A stretch of 64,000 nucleotides of DNA from an uncultured bacterium (GCA_963784355.1 CAWAQU010000007.1:32001-96000), one strand, 5' to 3'. Shown: positions 10,456 through 20,906, counted from the first letter of the stretch. Notes: a model not told the origin generated them from the letters alone. Numbers and translations: made by a program.

Positions 10456-11910
10456 ATGCATAAAAAACCCAGGATTTTTACAACCTTTTTGATATCCATT
10501 GGGGCAATTTCCATTATTTTATTATTTGTATTCTCCATCATCAGTGGTTTTGCCTACAGCAAATTTGATCAGTGTAAAAAAATTTTAGAACAAGTAAAGG
10601 TTGAGCTAGATTTGCCTGGCAATAGCTGTAATTTAAAATTAAATAATGCTAGTTTATACGAAGTCATTACAGATCCATATAATAATATTAAAAATAAGGA
10701 ACTTGAATATAATAGTCGGGTAAAAGTATTTGAAGACTCCAAACAAATACTTAAAACTAATCTTGATATAATCTCCACTTTAAATATTAAAATTGAAAAC
10801 CAAATCAATCCACATGTACCGCTTTATACAAAAGATGGTTATTTACAAGCTACAACAGAGACAAATCAGGATATAAAATTTTTGCAAAACAAAATAGAAA
10901 ATTATAAAAGCTTAATTGATAACAAGAACATTTTTTTAAAAACCAAAATTGATGAAGCTAAAGTCCAAAATGTAGATACAAGTAGATTTGAAATAGTGTA
11001 CAACAGTTTAAAACAATCTGATCTAACTTCAGTCGAAAATGCAAGTAAAATACATTTACTGGAACAAAACGTATTTGAATATACAAAGGAGATAAATAAA
11101 GAAATATTAATAAAAAACCCAAACTATATTAGCCAATTTACCGTTAACTTTCCAATTTTAACTTATCATCGGATTGAGGATTATGACAATCTGCCCAAAA
11201 GTCTTAAAAGTAATGCTAGAAGGGAAATTACTGTAAGTCCTAAAGATTTTACAGACCAGCTTGATCTACTCGCTCAAAAAGGCTATCAAACTGTAACCTT
11301 ACAAGATATAGAGCAGGCAGTAATAAATAAAAACGTCGAGTTTTTTGTAGGAAATAAAATAATGTTAACCTTTGATGATGGATATTCAGAGCACTACAAA
11401 ATAGTATTTCCTGAACTTAAAAAAAGAAATATGAAAGGAGTGTTTGGGATTGTACCAAATTTTAGAGGTATAGAGTGGTCACATATAAAAGAGATGAGTG
11501 ATAATGGAATGGAGATTGTTTCTCACACTATGTCTCATTGTCCTCTGGCTACATATAATTCTCTTGATAGAGCTAAAAATCCTGAAGGCGGAATCTATCA
11601 GGCATGTAGTAATAAATCCTATGGTGCTAAAGAAAAAATGATGCCTATAGAAGAAGTAAAATTTGAATTAGTGGAATCCAAAAAAATTCTTGAGGAAAAG
11701 TTAGGCAAGCCTGTGAAGTTTTTGATATATCCTTACGGAAGCTTTAACATACAAGTGGAAGAGATAGTACAAGCTTCAGGATACACCCTTGCACTCAGAG
11801 TCGGTACTGGTCCCAAAATAAATTTGATCAATCACTTTGAGCTGAGTAGAGTCAATGTGAGTGGTTTTAATAAAGGTCTAGAAGGCTGGTTTGCTGAAAT
11901 AAACAAGTAA
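10456..11910 (+). CDS. Membrane-anchored polysaccharide deacetylase (CE4/NodB, IcaB/PgaB-like)
   Basis: PILTYHRI, LTFDDGY, SHTMSH, YPYG motifs; N-terminal TM and coiled-coil stalk. Confidence 0.88.
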   Translation: MHKKPRIFTTFLISIGAISIILLFVFSIISGFAYSKFDQCKKILEQVKVELDLPGNSCNLKLNNASLYEVITDPYNNIKNKELEYNSRVKVFEDSKQILKTNLDIISTLNIKIENQINPHVPLYTKDGYLQATTETNQDIKFLQNKIENYKSLIDNKNIFLKTKIDEAKVQNVDTSRFEIVYNSLKQSDLTSVENASKIHLLEQNVFEYTKEINKEILIKNPNYISQFTVNFPILTYHRIEDYDNLPKSLKSNARREITVSPKDFTDQLDLLAQKGYQTVTLQDIEQAVINKNVEFFVGNKIMLTFDDGYSEHYKIVFPELKKRNMKGVFGIVPNFRGIEWSHIKEMSDNGMEIVSHTMSHCPLATYNSLDRAKNPEGGIYQACSNKSYGAKEKMMPIEEVKFELVESKKILEEKLGKPVKFLIYPYGSFNIQVEEIVQASGYTLALRVGTGPKINLINHFELSRVNVSGFNKGLEGWFAEINK

Positions 11911-12019
11911 GAATCCTGCTAAAAACTTATTTTTTTGATATCATAATAAAGTTATAACTTGACAAAACTGATTAAAATTTTAAATATTACAAGTAACAAT
12001 TCTAATTTCCGATTACCTT

Positions 12020-12151
12020 ATGATTGCAACCTACCAACCTAAAAAGAGGCAAAGAAGAAGAAAGTGTGGTTTTTTAGTTAGAAACCGCAAGGCTCCTGAT
12101 ATCTTAAAAAGGAGAAGAAATAAGGGTAGATGGAAGCTAGTAACTGTTTAA
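12020..12151 (+). CDS. rpmH: 50S ribosomal protein L34 (not in ORF track, 43 aa)
   Basis: MIATYQPKKRQRRRKCGFLVRNRKAPDILKRRRNKGRWKLVTV; directly upstream of rnpA. Confidence 0.93.
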   Translation: MIATYQPKKRQRRRKCGFLVRNRKAPDILKRRRNKGRWKLVTV

Positions 12152-12180
12152 TTGACAGCGTTAAATTTTTCAATTATAAT
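12152..12180 (+). promoter_or_regulatory. Consensus sigma70 promoter for rnpA
   Basis: TTGACA-17 nt-TATAAT, ending 9 nt before GTG start. Confidence 0.8.
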
Positions 12181-12189
12181 TGACTTAAT

Positions 12190-12567
12190 GTGCTCCCAAA
12201 GCTTTGGAGGTTAATTAAAGAAAAAGATATAAAAGATACTTATTACAGTAAGCTCAGAAGTAATAGTAAGTATAGTCAAATTTATTTAAAAAAAAGTAAA
12301 TTAACTAACTTTGAATTACTAGTAGTAGTATCAAAAAAAATCTATAAAAAAGCTAACAAGAGAAACAGAATAAAAAGAAAAATATATGCTATTTTTGAGG
12401 AATTAAAAACTCAAGATAGATTGCCTAGCAGTGTAGCATGTATTATTCAGGTAAAAAACAAAAACATATTGTTTCAACAAAAAGAAGAAATAAAAACAGA
12501 TATTTTACCAAATGTTTCAATCTTGTATAAAAAATTAATTACCAAAGTTCACACAGCACGTAATTAA
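12190..12567 (+). CDS. rnpA: Ribonuclease P protein component
   Basis: VSKKIYKKANKRNRIKRK RNR motif; rpmH-rnpA synteny. Confidence 0.9.
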   Translation: MLPKLWRLIKEKDIKDTYYSKLRSNSKYSQIYLKKSKLTNFELLVVVSKKIYKKANKRNRIKRKIYAIFEELKTQDRLPSSVACIIQVKNKNILFQQKEEIKTDILPNVSILYKKLITKVHTARN

Positions 12568-12576
12568 AATTGTATT

Positions 12577-12684
12577 ATGCATTATATTTACTTGTTATTA
12601 GGATTGATTGTATCAATACCGGTTTCAAACATTTGTACAGAACTTACAGCAGTAAAAAAAAGATCAAACAAAAACAATAATTAA
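12577..12684 (+). CDS. Possible small membrane peptide (35 aa)
   Basis: MHYIYLLLGLIVSIPVSNICTELTAVKKRSNKNNN, 9 nt after rnpA stop. Confidence 0.3.
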   Translation: MHYIYLLLGLIVSIPVSNICTELTAVKKRSNKNNN

Positions 12685-12696
12685 AAATTAAGTTTC

Positions 12697-12771
12697 GCCG
12701 AAGTAGCTCAGTGGTAGAGCAGTGGCCTGAAGAGCCTCGTGTCGTCAGTCCGATTCTGACCTTCGGCACCA
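12697..12771 (+). tRNA. tRNA-Phe (GAA)
   Basis: GCCGAAG/CTTCGGC acceptor stem, CT-GAA-GA loop, encoded CCA. Confidence 0.93.
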
Positions 12772-13034
12772 TGATATTCTATTGACATATTCAAACAAAA
12801 ATCTCAAGCTTAGTTTAAATTAAACTCTCATTTATCAGTAGTGTAAGTATTTTTAGTATTGTTTTTTGTAGCTATTTTAGCTTAACATGGAATTACTAGT
12901 AAATTTAAAATTTAAAAGTTTTTATTAGTTTAAGTAGAAGCCAATATTTCAAATTAAATCAATCAAACCTAATAATCGGTTTATTTTGAAATGCTGACTT
13001 AAGCAATTATTCCTAAATTTATAATTAATTTATT

Positions 13035-15056
13035 ATGATAAAGAAATTTCGTGCCCCAAATTCAGGCACACCAGATAACAGACAAGATAGTAATCCTCAA
13101 GGATCTACAAAAAGACCTTCTAGAAACTATGCAGGAAGAAGTAACTCTTCCCAACCTAGACGTAATACTACTCCAAAAACTAGTGCAATGGCAAGTGACA
13201 GACCTCACTATGTTGTAAAAAAACATGTAGTTGACCGAGATGAGGGAATTCCAAAAAATTTACCTCCCAGAAGAAGTAATCAAATATCTGATGTGGTAAA
13301 AAAAGGTAATTTAGCTCAAGGCTCAGTTAGCCCAATTTTCAATAGCGGGCCACTTTTAAAAACAAACGCGCCTTTGGCATACGAGGGTAAAGAAGTCGTT
13401 AGAATAATACCTTTGGGTGGAGTTAGTGAGGTTGGAATGAATATGACTGCTCTTGAATGTGGAGAAGATATTGTAGTAATAGACACTGGTATGGGATTTG
13501 GTGGTGGAGAAAAATTCCCGGGTGTAGATTATATTATACCAGATACTGCCTACTTAGAGCAAAACAGGCATAAGATTAGAGGTATAATTTTTACTCATGG
13601 ACATTTGGACCATATCGGTGCAGCTCCGTATATTTTACCTAAACTTGGTCCTGTCCCTATTTTCGGAATGCCTTTAACTCTAGCTCTATTGAAAAATAGA
13701 CTACAAGATTTTGAATTGCAAGATAAATTTATTGCTAAAGTTATTGATGTAAATAAAAGTCTTAGACTTGGTGCATTTAATTTTAACTTTTTTAGATTAA
13801 ATCATTCAATTCCTGATGTAATTGGACTTGATATTGAAACCCCAATGGGTAGAATAGCTTATTGTACCGACTGGAAATTTGATAATACACCAATGGATGG
13901 TCATTTAAGTGACTACGGAAAATTATCTAGAATGGGTGATGAAGGGGTAAGACTTTTACTAACTGATTCATTGGGTGTTTTAAAACCTGGTTACCAGATA
14001 TCTGAAAGAGAAATCGGGCGTAACGTAAGTAAAATTTTTGGTGAATGTGAAGGTAGAGTAATATTCACTACATTTGCCTCAAGTATAGTTAGGGCGCAGC
14101 ATGTAATTGACGCTTGTATCAAGTACAATAGAAAATTGGCACTTGCTGGTAGATCGATGGTTGCAAATTTCACTGCATGTATAGAGCTTGGCTACCTTAA
14201 AGTACCAGGAGGCTTAGTAATGGATGTTAAAGAAATCAGTAAATTACCGGACAATCAAGTTACTATATTGGCAACTGGATCACAAGGAGAAGATATGGCT
14301 TCTGTCAGTCGAATGGCTAGAGATGAACATCCTTTGATTAGATTGCAAGGTGGTGACTCTGTTATATTTTCAAGTAGTCCTATTCCAGGAAATGAAGATG
14401 CAGTACAAGATTTAGTTTCTAAATTATCTAGAAAAGGTGTAATTGTATACAGAAATAAAGAGTTTGATTTGCATGTATCAGGGCATGCCTGTCAGGAAGA
14501 TTTGAAATTACTGTTTGCTCTTACAAGACCTGATCATTTACAGCCTATTCATGGAGATCACTATATGCTTAGAAGAGTAGGGGAACTAGGTGCTACTTTA
14601 GGTATTCCTTTCGATCATTGTTTAATTGGTGAAAACGGTAGGATTACAGAATTAAGAGCAAATGAAGTAGTACTCACTGATGAAGTAATCACAGATAACT
14701 ATTTGTTAGTTGATGGAGTTAGTGTAGGTTCAGTTTCAGAAGTTGTATTGGAAGAGAGAAGGCAGATGTCTACTCAAGGTTCGGTAATTTTGGTAGTGCT
14801 TCTAAATAAACAGAAAAAAATGGTAGCAGGGCCTGAAATTATCAGTAGAGGATTTGTGTACGTGAAAAACAGTGGAGAGTTGTATGATGAAATTAAAGAG
14901 ATTGTTAGAAGAAAATTTGATGCTCTAACTTTAGATCCTCATTCTCCTACTTACTTTTCAGATTTAAGAACTAGTTTGAAAAAAATGGTTAGCGAACAAA
15001 TTTACGCAAAGACTGAAAAAGATCCAATGGTAATTCCCGTTGTAGTGCAGATATAA
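13035..15056 (+). CDS. rnj: Ribonuclease J
   Basis: PLGGVSEVGMNM, THGHLDHIGA, NHSIPD, TGSQGE, HVSGHA; ~120-aa disordered basic N-terminal extension. Confidence 0.96.
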   Translation: MIKKFRAPNSGTPDNRQDSNPQGSTKRPSRNYAGRSNSSQPRRNTTPKTSAMASDRPHYVVKKHVVDRDEGIPKNLPPRRSNQISDVVKKGNLAQGSVSPIFNSGPLLKTNAPLAYEGKEVVRIIPLGGVSEVGMNMTALECGEDIVVIDTGMGFGGGEKFPGVDYIIPDTAYLEQNRHKIRGIIFTHGHLDHIGAAPYILPKLGPVPIFGMPLTLALLKNRLQDFELQDKFIAKVIDVNKSLRLGAFNFNFFRLNHSIPDVIGLDIETPMGRIAYCTDWKFDNTPMDGHLSDYGKLSRMGDEGVRLLLTDSLGVLKPGYQISEREIGRNVSKIFGECEGRVIFTTFASSIVRAQHVIDACIKYNRKLALAGRSMVANFTACIELGYLKVPGGLVMDVKEISKLPDNQVTILATGSQGEDMASVSRMARDEHPLIRLQGGDSVIFSSSPIPGNEDAVQDLVSKLSRKGVIVYRNKEFDLHVSGHACQEDLKLLFALTRPDHLQPIHGDHYMLRRVGELGATLGIPFDHCLIGENGRITELRANEVVLTDEVITDNYLLVDGVSVGSVSEVVLEERRQMSTQGSVILVVLLNKQKKMVAGPEIISRGFVYVKNSGELYDEIKEIVRRKFDALTLDPHSPTYFSDLRTSLKKMVSEQIYAKTEKDPMVIPVVVQI

Positions 15057-15115
15057 TTTTGCTGTTAATTTGTTAATAATCTTCTTATCGGTCCGAATAA
15101 GATCAATCAATAAAT

Positions 15116-15916
15116 ATGATAGGTTTCTATGATAGCGGAATTGGTGGTGTTTCAATTTTAGATGAAGTTCTAAAAATAAACTCCAAGATCCCTTTTATTT
15201 ATTTAGCTGATACTGAGGTTTTGCCACTAGGGGACAAGACTATTAATTTTATCCAAGATAGAATAAAACTAGCCTGTGAAAAGCTGTTTAGTTTGGGTTG
15301 TGAGATAGTAATTTTATCCTGCAATACTGCAAGTGTGAATTCTATTCGACATATTCAAAATGTGTGGCTACCGAATAATTATCCAAAGAGGCAGGTATTA
15401 AGTATTACCAAGCCATTTACAGAGTTAGTTGAAGAAAAATTCAAACATCTAAAATTAGAGAGGGGTTTAATTTTTGCAACTCAAGCTACTTATAATAGCG
15501 GATTTTATCAATATGAGTTTTTGAAAAATGGCTTTTCCGGGCTTGAACACATACCTTGTCCGGGATTAGCTGATGCTATAGAGAAGGAAAGTATTGTGGA
15601 AGTTAGAAAACTCATTCAAGAATATATGTACAAGTATTCTATACAGGTAGATAAAATTAAGTATATTTTGTTAGCTTGTACGCATTATAAGTGGATAACG
15701 CCTGAAATTCAAAAAAATTTTAAAAATGCAAGTATAATTGAACCAAGTAAAACCTGTGCCGAAAAGATTATAAGTTACATTAATCACCACCCGGAATATG
15801 TAATTTCAAACAATCTAGAATCACAGTTTTTAGTGACAGGTGAAAATAATAGCCTGAGTAAAATATCAAGTAAGCTAAACTATAATTTTGCAATAAACAA
15901 GATTAAAATAATTTAA
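15116..15916 (+). CDS. murI: Glutamate racemase
   Basis: DSGIGGVS, SCNTAS, LACTHY. Confidence 0.93.
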   Translation: MIGFYDSGIGGVSILDEVLKINSKIPFIYLADTEVLPLGDKTINFIQDRIKLACEKLFSLGCEIVILSCNTASVNSIRHIQNVWLPNNYPKRQVLSITKPFTELVEEKFKHLKLERGLIFATQATYNSGFYQYEFLKNGFSGLEHIPCPGLADAIEKESIVEVRKLIQEYMYKYSIQVDKIKYILLACTHYKWITPEIQKNFKNASIIEPSKTCAEKIISYINHHPEYVISNNLESQFLVTGENNSLSKISSKLNYNFAINKIKII

Positions 15917-16062
15917 ACTTGCCAGCATTTAGGTTTTAAAAATTTTAGCAAATACTGAGATGAATAAAAATGCTAGAATTTTGGTATATTAGTCTTGTTC
16001 AAAGCTTTTTGACATACCCATTTAAATAGAGTATAATAATAGTAACAAAAATAAAAATAGAT

Positions 16063-17466
16063 ATGAAATCCAGATATTCTTGGTTTGAAAAAATGTTAGT
16101 AGTTGTATGGCTTTTTGGTACAGTTTTCCTGTTTTCCGGAATTGCTTCTTCAACGACTGGTGTAAAAAGAGGTATAGATGCCGAATTAGGTCTATTGGTA
16201 GCTCCAATCACTGAAGGCAGTAAATATTTACAAAGTCAACTTAAGAAAGCTCTTGTAGACCCAATTGAAGCAGAGGCTTTTTTTGGAGGGCCGGTTTATG
16301 TTATTGGATCATTTGAGGCTATTGTTAAGGGTATTATTAAAGCATTTTTCAAAAAATTTTTAGGAAATATTCTGGATAAAATGTTTCAAATATTTGATAA
16401 TATAATCTCTTTTTTAGAGAGCTGGGCTAACATATTTAAAAACCTATCAAGTTATTTAAGTGGGTATAGAGCGGCCATGGCTTTTGAAGCATTTGCATCT
16501 CTGCAGGTAAATCAAGAGAGATCAAGAGATTTTATTACTAGATTTACTGGGGAGGGAGCTGAAGAGACCGATGAGTTATTTTTTCTAAGTCAAGACGATT
16601 TTAGTATTGCTAGTGATGCAGTTGCTTGGCTAGATTTTGTGACTATTTTAAAAGCTTTAAATATTGGTGTAATATCAGACTTTATACGTAGTATTATAGG
16701 ATACGGACCGGATGAATTCAATGACATAAAGTACAATTTAGTTAATATAGCTTTAGGTGCAAGATGTAATGATTACGCTTCAGTAAATACTGTATTCACA
16801 GGTGAGCTTTTTGGAGTTAGTAACGGTTGTATAACGGAAAACGGCTCAGGACTTATGTATATGCTTGATGAAAGAGCTGAACAGGCTAAAGAAGAAGCAA
16901 ACGCAGTGCTAGCACAAAAAACGGCTCAGGAGCCTGCCAATTGTCAAGGTGTAGGATATGTAGCAGAAGTTGATGACAGTGGTGCTGTAACTAAAAGAGG
17001 AAATGAGGTACAGATTGGATTAACTTATGCTACCTCTTCAAACAGGGGTGAGTTATCTGACAAACTTGAGCAAATTGGTAAAAGAGTGAAGGCTCAGCCA
17101 TTATTGCCGGAAGAGTGTAAATATACTGAAGTAAAATGGCAATACGAGCTTGAATCTATTGACAATTCGGATAAAGGAACTAGTGGAGGTGATAATATAG
17201 GTGACTTTGTTTTAGATACAGTTAAAAGCACAATAAATAATAAATTAACCAATATTTATCAAAGAATTACCAACTCAATTAATTTAATTATTAATTCTAT
17301 AAATGCTATGGCAGATGCTAATTTAGAAATTTTAGCTACTATATTCACAATTACCACAGCATATAGATCTGATATAGCTGTAACTCTTGATGAAGCAGTA
17401 AAAAACCTTAGAGATAACAGAACTGATATTGTGGATGAGACAGAAGAATTGGAAGGTAGCGCTTAG
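16063..17466 (+). CDS. Hypothetical exported/membrane protein
   Basis: 467-aa ORF with N-terminal hydrophobic segment, amphipathic helices and paired Cys; no family recognised. Confidence 0.6.
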   Translation: MKSRYSWFEKMLVVVWLFGTVFLFSGIASSTTGVKRGIDAELGLLVAPITEGSKYLQSQLKKALVDPIEAEAFFGGPVYVIGSFEAIVKGIIKAFFKKFLGNILDKMFQIFDNIISFLESWANIFKNLSSYLSGYRAAMAFEAFASLQVNQERSRDFITRFTGEGAEETDELFFLSQDDFSIASDAVAWLDFVTILKALNIGVISDFIRSIIGYGPDEFNDIKYNLVNIALGARCNDYASVNTVFTGELFGVSNGCITENGSGLMYMLDERAEQAKEEANAVLAQKTAQEPANCQGVGYVAEVDDSGAVTKRGNEVQIGLTYATSSNRGELSDKLEQIGKRVKAQPLLPEECKYTEVKWQYELESIDNSDKGTSGGDNIGDFVLDTVKSTINNKLTNIYQRITNSINLIINSINAMADANLEILATIFTITTAYRSDIAVTLDEAVKNLRDNRTDIVDETEELEGSA

Positions 17467-17512
17467 TGCCTTGACAATAAATATTTGTATGTTTATTCTT
17501 TAGATCAGTTAG

Positions 17513-17588
17513 GCCAAATTAGCTCATCTGGTAGAGCAACGGTTTTGTAAACCGTAGGTGGTCGGTTCGAGTCCGACATTTGGCTCCA
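17513..17588 (+). tRNA. tRNA-Thr (UGU)
   Basis: GCCAAAT/ATTTGGC acceptor, ACGGT-TTTGTAA-ACCGT arm, encoded CCA; TTGACA upstream. Confidence 0.96.
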
Positions 17589-17655
17589 TTTTTTTGGCTG
17601 ATTTTAAATAATTTTGTTTACAAAAAGAAATAATTTCGTCAAAATAAAAACAAAT

Positions 17656-18771
17656 ATGAAAAATAGTTTATTCCAAAAATTAAGTTCTAAATTAAATTCC
17701 TTACAAAATCTTTCTCAAAATCAAAAAAAGATACTTGCTTTTTTAGTTTCTTTTTTAGTTTTGGGATTATTTTTATTTGGTTATAATTGGTTTACAAATC
17801 CAGGATTTAAGTACAATTTTATTCCTGATAATAGACCTGATTCCAGTACTAAGGCCGGTGCCAATGCTAACGTTAAAAAGGCGACTACTGATTTAACAAA
17901 TGTTTTGAGTAACGTGAATCCTGAAAACTTAATTTATGAAAAAGTTAAGTTTAAAGACTTGCCTATTTACCCAAAAGCTTGGGTTGAAAAAAATTTTACT
18001 CCACAAGAACAATTAAATGCCCTAGTATCAGGCCCCAGTGGCGATGCTGATAGTGATGGGCTGAATAACAAACAGGAATATCTCTATGGCTCAAATCCGA
18101 AAAATAAAGACTCTCTTTGTAATGGTAAAATAGATAATAACAGTTGCTTTGGGAGGACAGACAAGCAAAATATTGATATGGGAATAAGCCCACTTACAGG
18201 TTTTGAACTAGAATCGCCAACTGAAATTAAAGTGAAAAAACAAGATCTTTTGGTAGTTGATAAATTGCAAGATACTTTTAATACCGCTACTAAAGAGGGT
18301 GTAGATTTTGTTACTCTTTACCAACTTTCTAAAACGATTGATCTTTCGGATAAAATGAATGAGATCAAAGTGGTGGAAGTACAAGAAAATACAAATAGTA
18401 TGATTGCTTATCAAGAAGCTAGGGTAAATTTACTTAAAGATAGTGCAAGTGACGATGACTTTTCTAACTTTGTTAAGCTTTACCAGTTATCTACTCTAGA
18501 TGAGTTAAATAAAGAAAGTCAGAAATACAGAGATTTTAAAGAAAGACTTGCTGTAATGCCTGTACCAAAAAGGTATGTTCCAAGCCATAAAGCTTATATT
18601 ATGTTTTTTGATAAAATGATTGAGCTTACTGAACATAGGAAAACTGAACTTGGAAAAGAAAAATTTAGTGATGAATTTAGAAATAAAAGTAAAACTTTAG
18701 CTACAGAAGCTGTCTGGGCCTATAAAAAACTAAATACTGAGTTATCATTTATTGAACAAAGCAAAAATTAG
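17656..18771 (+). CDS. Membrane-anchored protein with bacterial thrombospondin type-3-like Ca-binding repeat
   Basis: TM near N-terminus; DADSDGLNNKQEYLYGSNPKNKDS motif; ATG 17656 preferred over TTG 17614. Confidence 0.65.
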   Translation: MKNSLFQKLSSKLNSLQNLSQNQKKILAFLVSFLVLGLFLFGYNWFTNPGFKYNFIPDNRPDSSTKAGANANVKKATTDLTNVLSNVNPENLIYEKVKFKDLPIYPKAWVEKNFTPQEQLNALVSGPSGDADSDGLNNKQEYLYGSNPKNKDSLCNGKIDNNSCFGRTDKQNIDMGISPLTGFELESPTEIKVKKQDLLVVDKLQDTFNTATKEGVDFVTLYQLSKTIDLSDKMNEIKVVEVQENTNSMIAYQEARVNLLKDSASDDDFSNFVKLYQLSTLDELNKESQKYRDFKERLAVMPVPKRYVPSHKAYIMFFDKMIELTEHRKTELGKEKFSDEFRNKSKTLATEAVWAYKKLNTELSFIEQSKN

Positions 18772-18845
18772 CAATCTAGCCCTTTGCTTGACAAAAATTT
18801 AGCAATGATCTATTTTTACCTAAACCAAATTTAAATTTAATAAAT

Positions 18846-19430
18846 ATGCCTTTAGTACCAATGGTAATAAAAAGATCGTTTGAGGGAGAGAGATCAATGG
18901 ATTTGTATTCTCGTTTGTTAGACGAAAGAATTGTAATGTTGTCTGAACCAATTGATGATGTGCTAGCAAGTATTGTTACAGCACAGTTATTGTATTTACA
19001 AAGTGAAGATTCAACAAAAGATATCACAATGTACATAAATAGCCCAGGAGGTAGTATTATTTCAATGTGGTCAATTATTGATACAATGAATTTGATTAAG
19101 CCCAGCGTATCTACAGTATGTGTGGGAATTGCGGCTTCAGCTGCTAGCTTAATCCTGGCAAATGGCACAAAAGGTAAAAGATTAATATTACCTCATGCAG
19201 AAGTGATGATACATCAGCCTTTGATCTCAGGTGGACTTTCCGGACAAGCCAGTGATATTGAAATTCACACAAAGCAGTTGATCCGCACAAAAAATGATTT
19301 ACACCAATTTATGGCTGATAAAACCGGACAGAGTGTGAAAAAAATTGAGAAAGATATGGATAGGGATTACTATTTAAGTGCCCAGGAATCAATAGAATAT
19401 GGTATAGTGGACAAAATTATTGGAATATAA
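18846..19430 (+). CDS. clpP: ATP-dependent Clp protease proteolytic subunit
   Basis: DLYSRLLDERIV, YINSPGG, GIAASAAS (Ser), MIHQP (His), DRD (Asp). Confidence 0.97.
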   Translation: MPLVPMVIKRSFEGERSMDLYSRLLDERIVMLSEPIDDVLASIVTAQLLYLQSEDSTKDITMYINSPGGSIISMWSIIDTMNLIKPSVSTVCVGIAASAASLILANGTKGKRLILPHAEVMIHQPLISGGLSGQASDIEIHTKQLIRTKNDLHQFMADKTGQSVKKIEKDMDRDYYLSAQESIEYGIVDKIIGI

Positions 19431-19442
19431 AAGTATTTAAAA

Positions 19443-19799
19443 GTGAAACTTAATACAAAAAAAATATTTCAATTTCTTGTTGAATTTTTATTAATCCCTT
19501 GGATATGGATCCTGGGGGGTTATTTGGTGATTTTGGTTTTTTTTATTTTCTATATAAATTTAGAAAAGTACAGTGATGTTTCATTAGAAGTTGCAAATAA
19601 ATTAGAACAAGGATTGCAAATTAGTCAGGTAATGCAGATTTTTGCAGTTTTGTTGTTTGTAAATTATACTGTAAGTTTTTTTGTGAGCGATAAATATCCT
19701 AGAATAAGAAATATCTTTTTTCTAGCGAGCCTTTTTTTACTTTTTGAATTACTACTTTTTGTCTGGCCTCATTTCCAAGCAGGATTTTTGCAAACTTGA
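19443..19799 (+). CDS. Hypothetical membrane protein (3 TM)
   Basis: Three hydrophobic segments; GTG start 12 nt after clpP. Confidence 0.65.
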   Translation: MKLNTKKIFQFLVEFLLIPWIWILGGYLVILVFFIFYINLEKYSDVSLEVANKLEQGLQISQVMQIFAVLLFVNYTVSFFVSDKYPRIRNIFFLASLFLLFELLLFVWPHFQAGFLQT

Positions 19800-19845
19800 C
19801 ATTTAGCTTAAATAGAGATTTGTTTGGTATAGTTTTTATCTACAT

Positions 19846-19922
19846 GTGCCCGTAGCTCAGTGGATTAGAGTAGCTGGCTTCGAACCAGTTGGTCGGGGGT
19901 TCGAGCCCCTCCGGGCACACCA
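19846..19922 (+). tRNA. tRNA-Arg (UCG)
   Basis: GTGCCCG/CGGGCAC acceptor, GCTGG-CTTCGAA-CCAGT arm, encoded CCA. Confidence 0.94.
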
Positions 19923-20002
19923 CAAGAGACTAAAAAATCCCAAATTCCTTTATAATACCACAATTACTGAAGAAAATCGCGGTACATAAACTTTAATATC
20001 GG

Positions 20003-20431
20003 CTAAACAAAAGTATTGTGATTCTCTAACAGCTCAGTAATTAACTCAAAAACGCTAGAAAGCATAGTTAAAACAGCTACTTTTTTGCTATATTCCTGCA
20101 TTTTTCTATTATTGTTATTTCCAATAAGGTCATAATATTTGGTTGTGAAATGTTGAAACCAAAGTGCCACTTCCGAAATTTCAAATTGAAAGTTAATAAT
20201 TTGGTCGCCTACATTTATTAAATTTTTATACTTTTCTAAAATATTCTTTAGATCATCAAATTCTTGGTCTGAATTAAGAACTATTTTGAATTCATTTAAA
20301 TTGTTTAATATATTATTGATATATAAGTCTGTCTGTTTAATTAGATCCAAATAATATTTTTTTTCTTCTAATTTATCAATATGCATTTTTTCTAGCTTTT
20401 TTTTACTTGGCATTAAAAATTCTTCTGGCAT
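20003..20431 (-). CDS. Hypothetical helical protein
   Basis: 142-aa AT-rich ORF, 7 nt downstream of neighbouring ORF. Confidence 0.55.
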   Translation of the reverse strand: MPEEFLMPSKKKLEKMHIDKLEEKKYYLDLIKQTDLYINNILNNLNEFKIVLNSDQEFDDLKNILEKYKNLINVGDQIINFQFEISEVALWFQHFTTKYYDLIGNNNNRKMQEYSKKVAVLTMLSSVFELITELLENHNTFV

Positions 20432-20438
20432 AACTAAT

Positions 20439-20906
20439 TCAATTATTTAATTTTCTAATATTGTTTATAAATGTATAGTTTATAACTAAATATTCATTCA
20501 ATATATTTCCCAAATTTATTTTGTCACTATCTGTAAAAGTTTTTATATTTAGTATTATATCCTTAATTAATACAATATCTTTTATTAGTGTTTTTGCTTG
20601 TTCTTTTAGTTCTTCAATTTCATTAGAGGGCTTTTTATCTAAGTCAGATTCAGTGCTTATTAAAATCTGTTCTATGTTATAGCTATAGTTATTAATCTTA
20701 TCTGCGATTTGTTGATATTTGTAAGATTGGGAATTCAGAAAATTTTCAATAAAAATGGAGATCTCATAAATTTTGGATGCGTTACACTTAATTTTCTGTT
20801 TTAGTGTTTTTTTGCCAACTTCAGATTCATGGTCAAAATGTACTAAATTATTATAATGTCCCATTTGAATTGTAAATTTTAGTCGTTTTTCTTCACTCAT
20901 AATCAA
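20439..20906 (-). CDS. Hypothetical helical protein
   Basis: 155-aa AT-rich ORF; TTGACT-like promoter upstream on minus strand. Confidence 0.55.
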   Translation of the reverse strand: MIMSEEKRLKFTIQMGHYNNLVHFDHESEVGKKTLKQKIKCNASKIYEISIFIENFLNSQSYKYQQIADKINNYSYNIEQILISTESDLDKKPSNEIEELKEQAKTLIKDIVLIKDIILNIKTFTDSDKINLGNILNEYLVINYTFINNIRKLNN

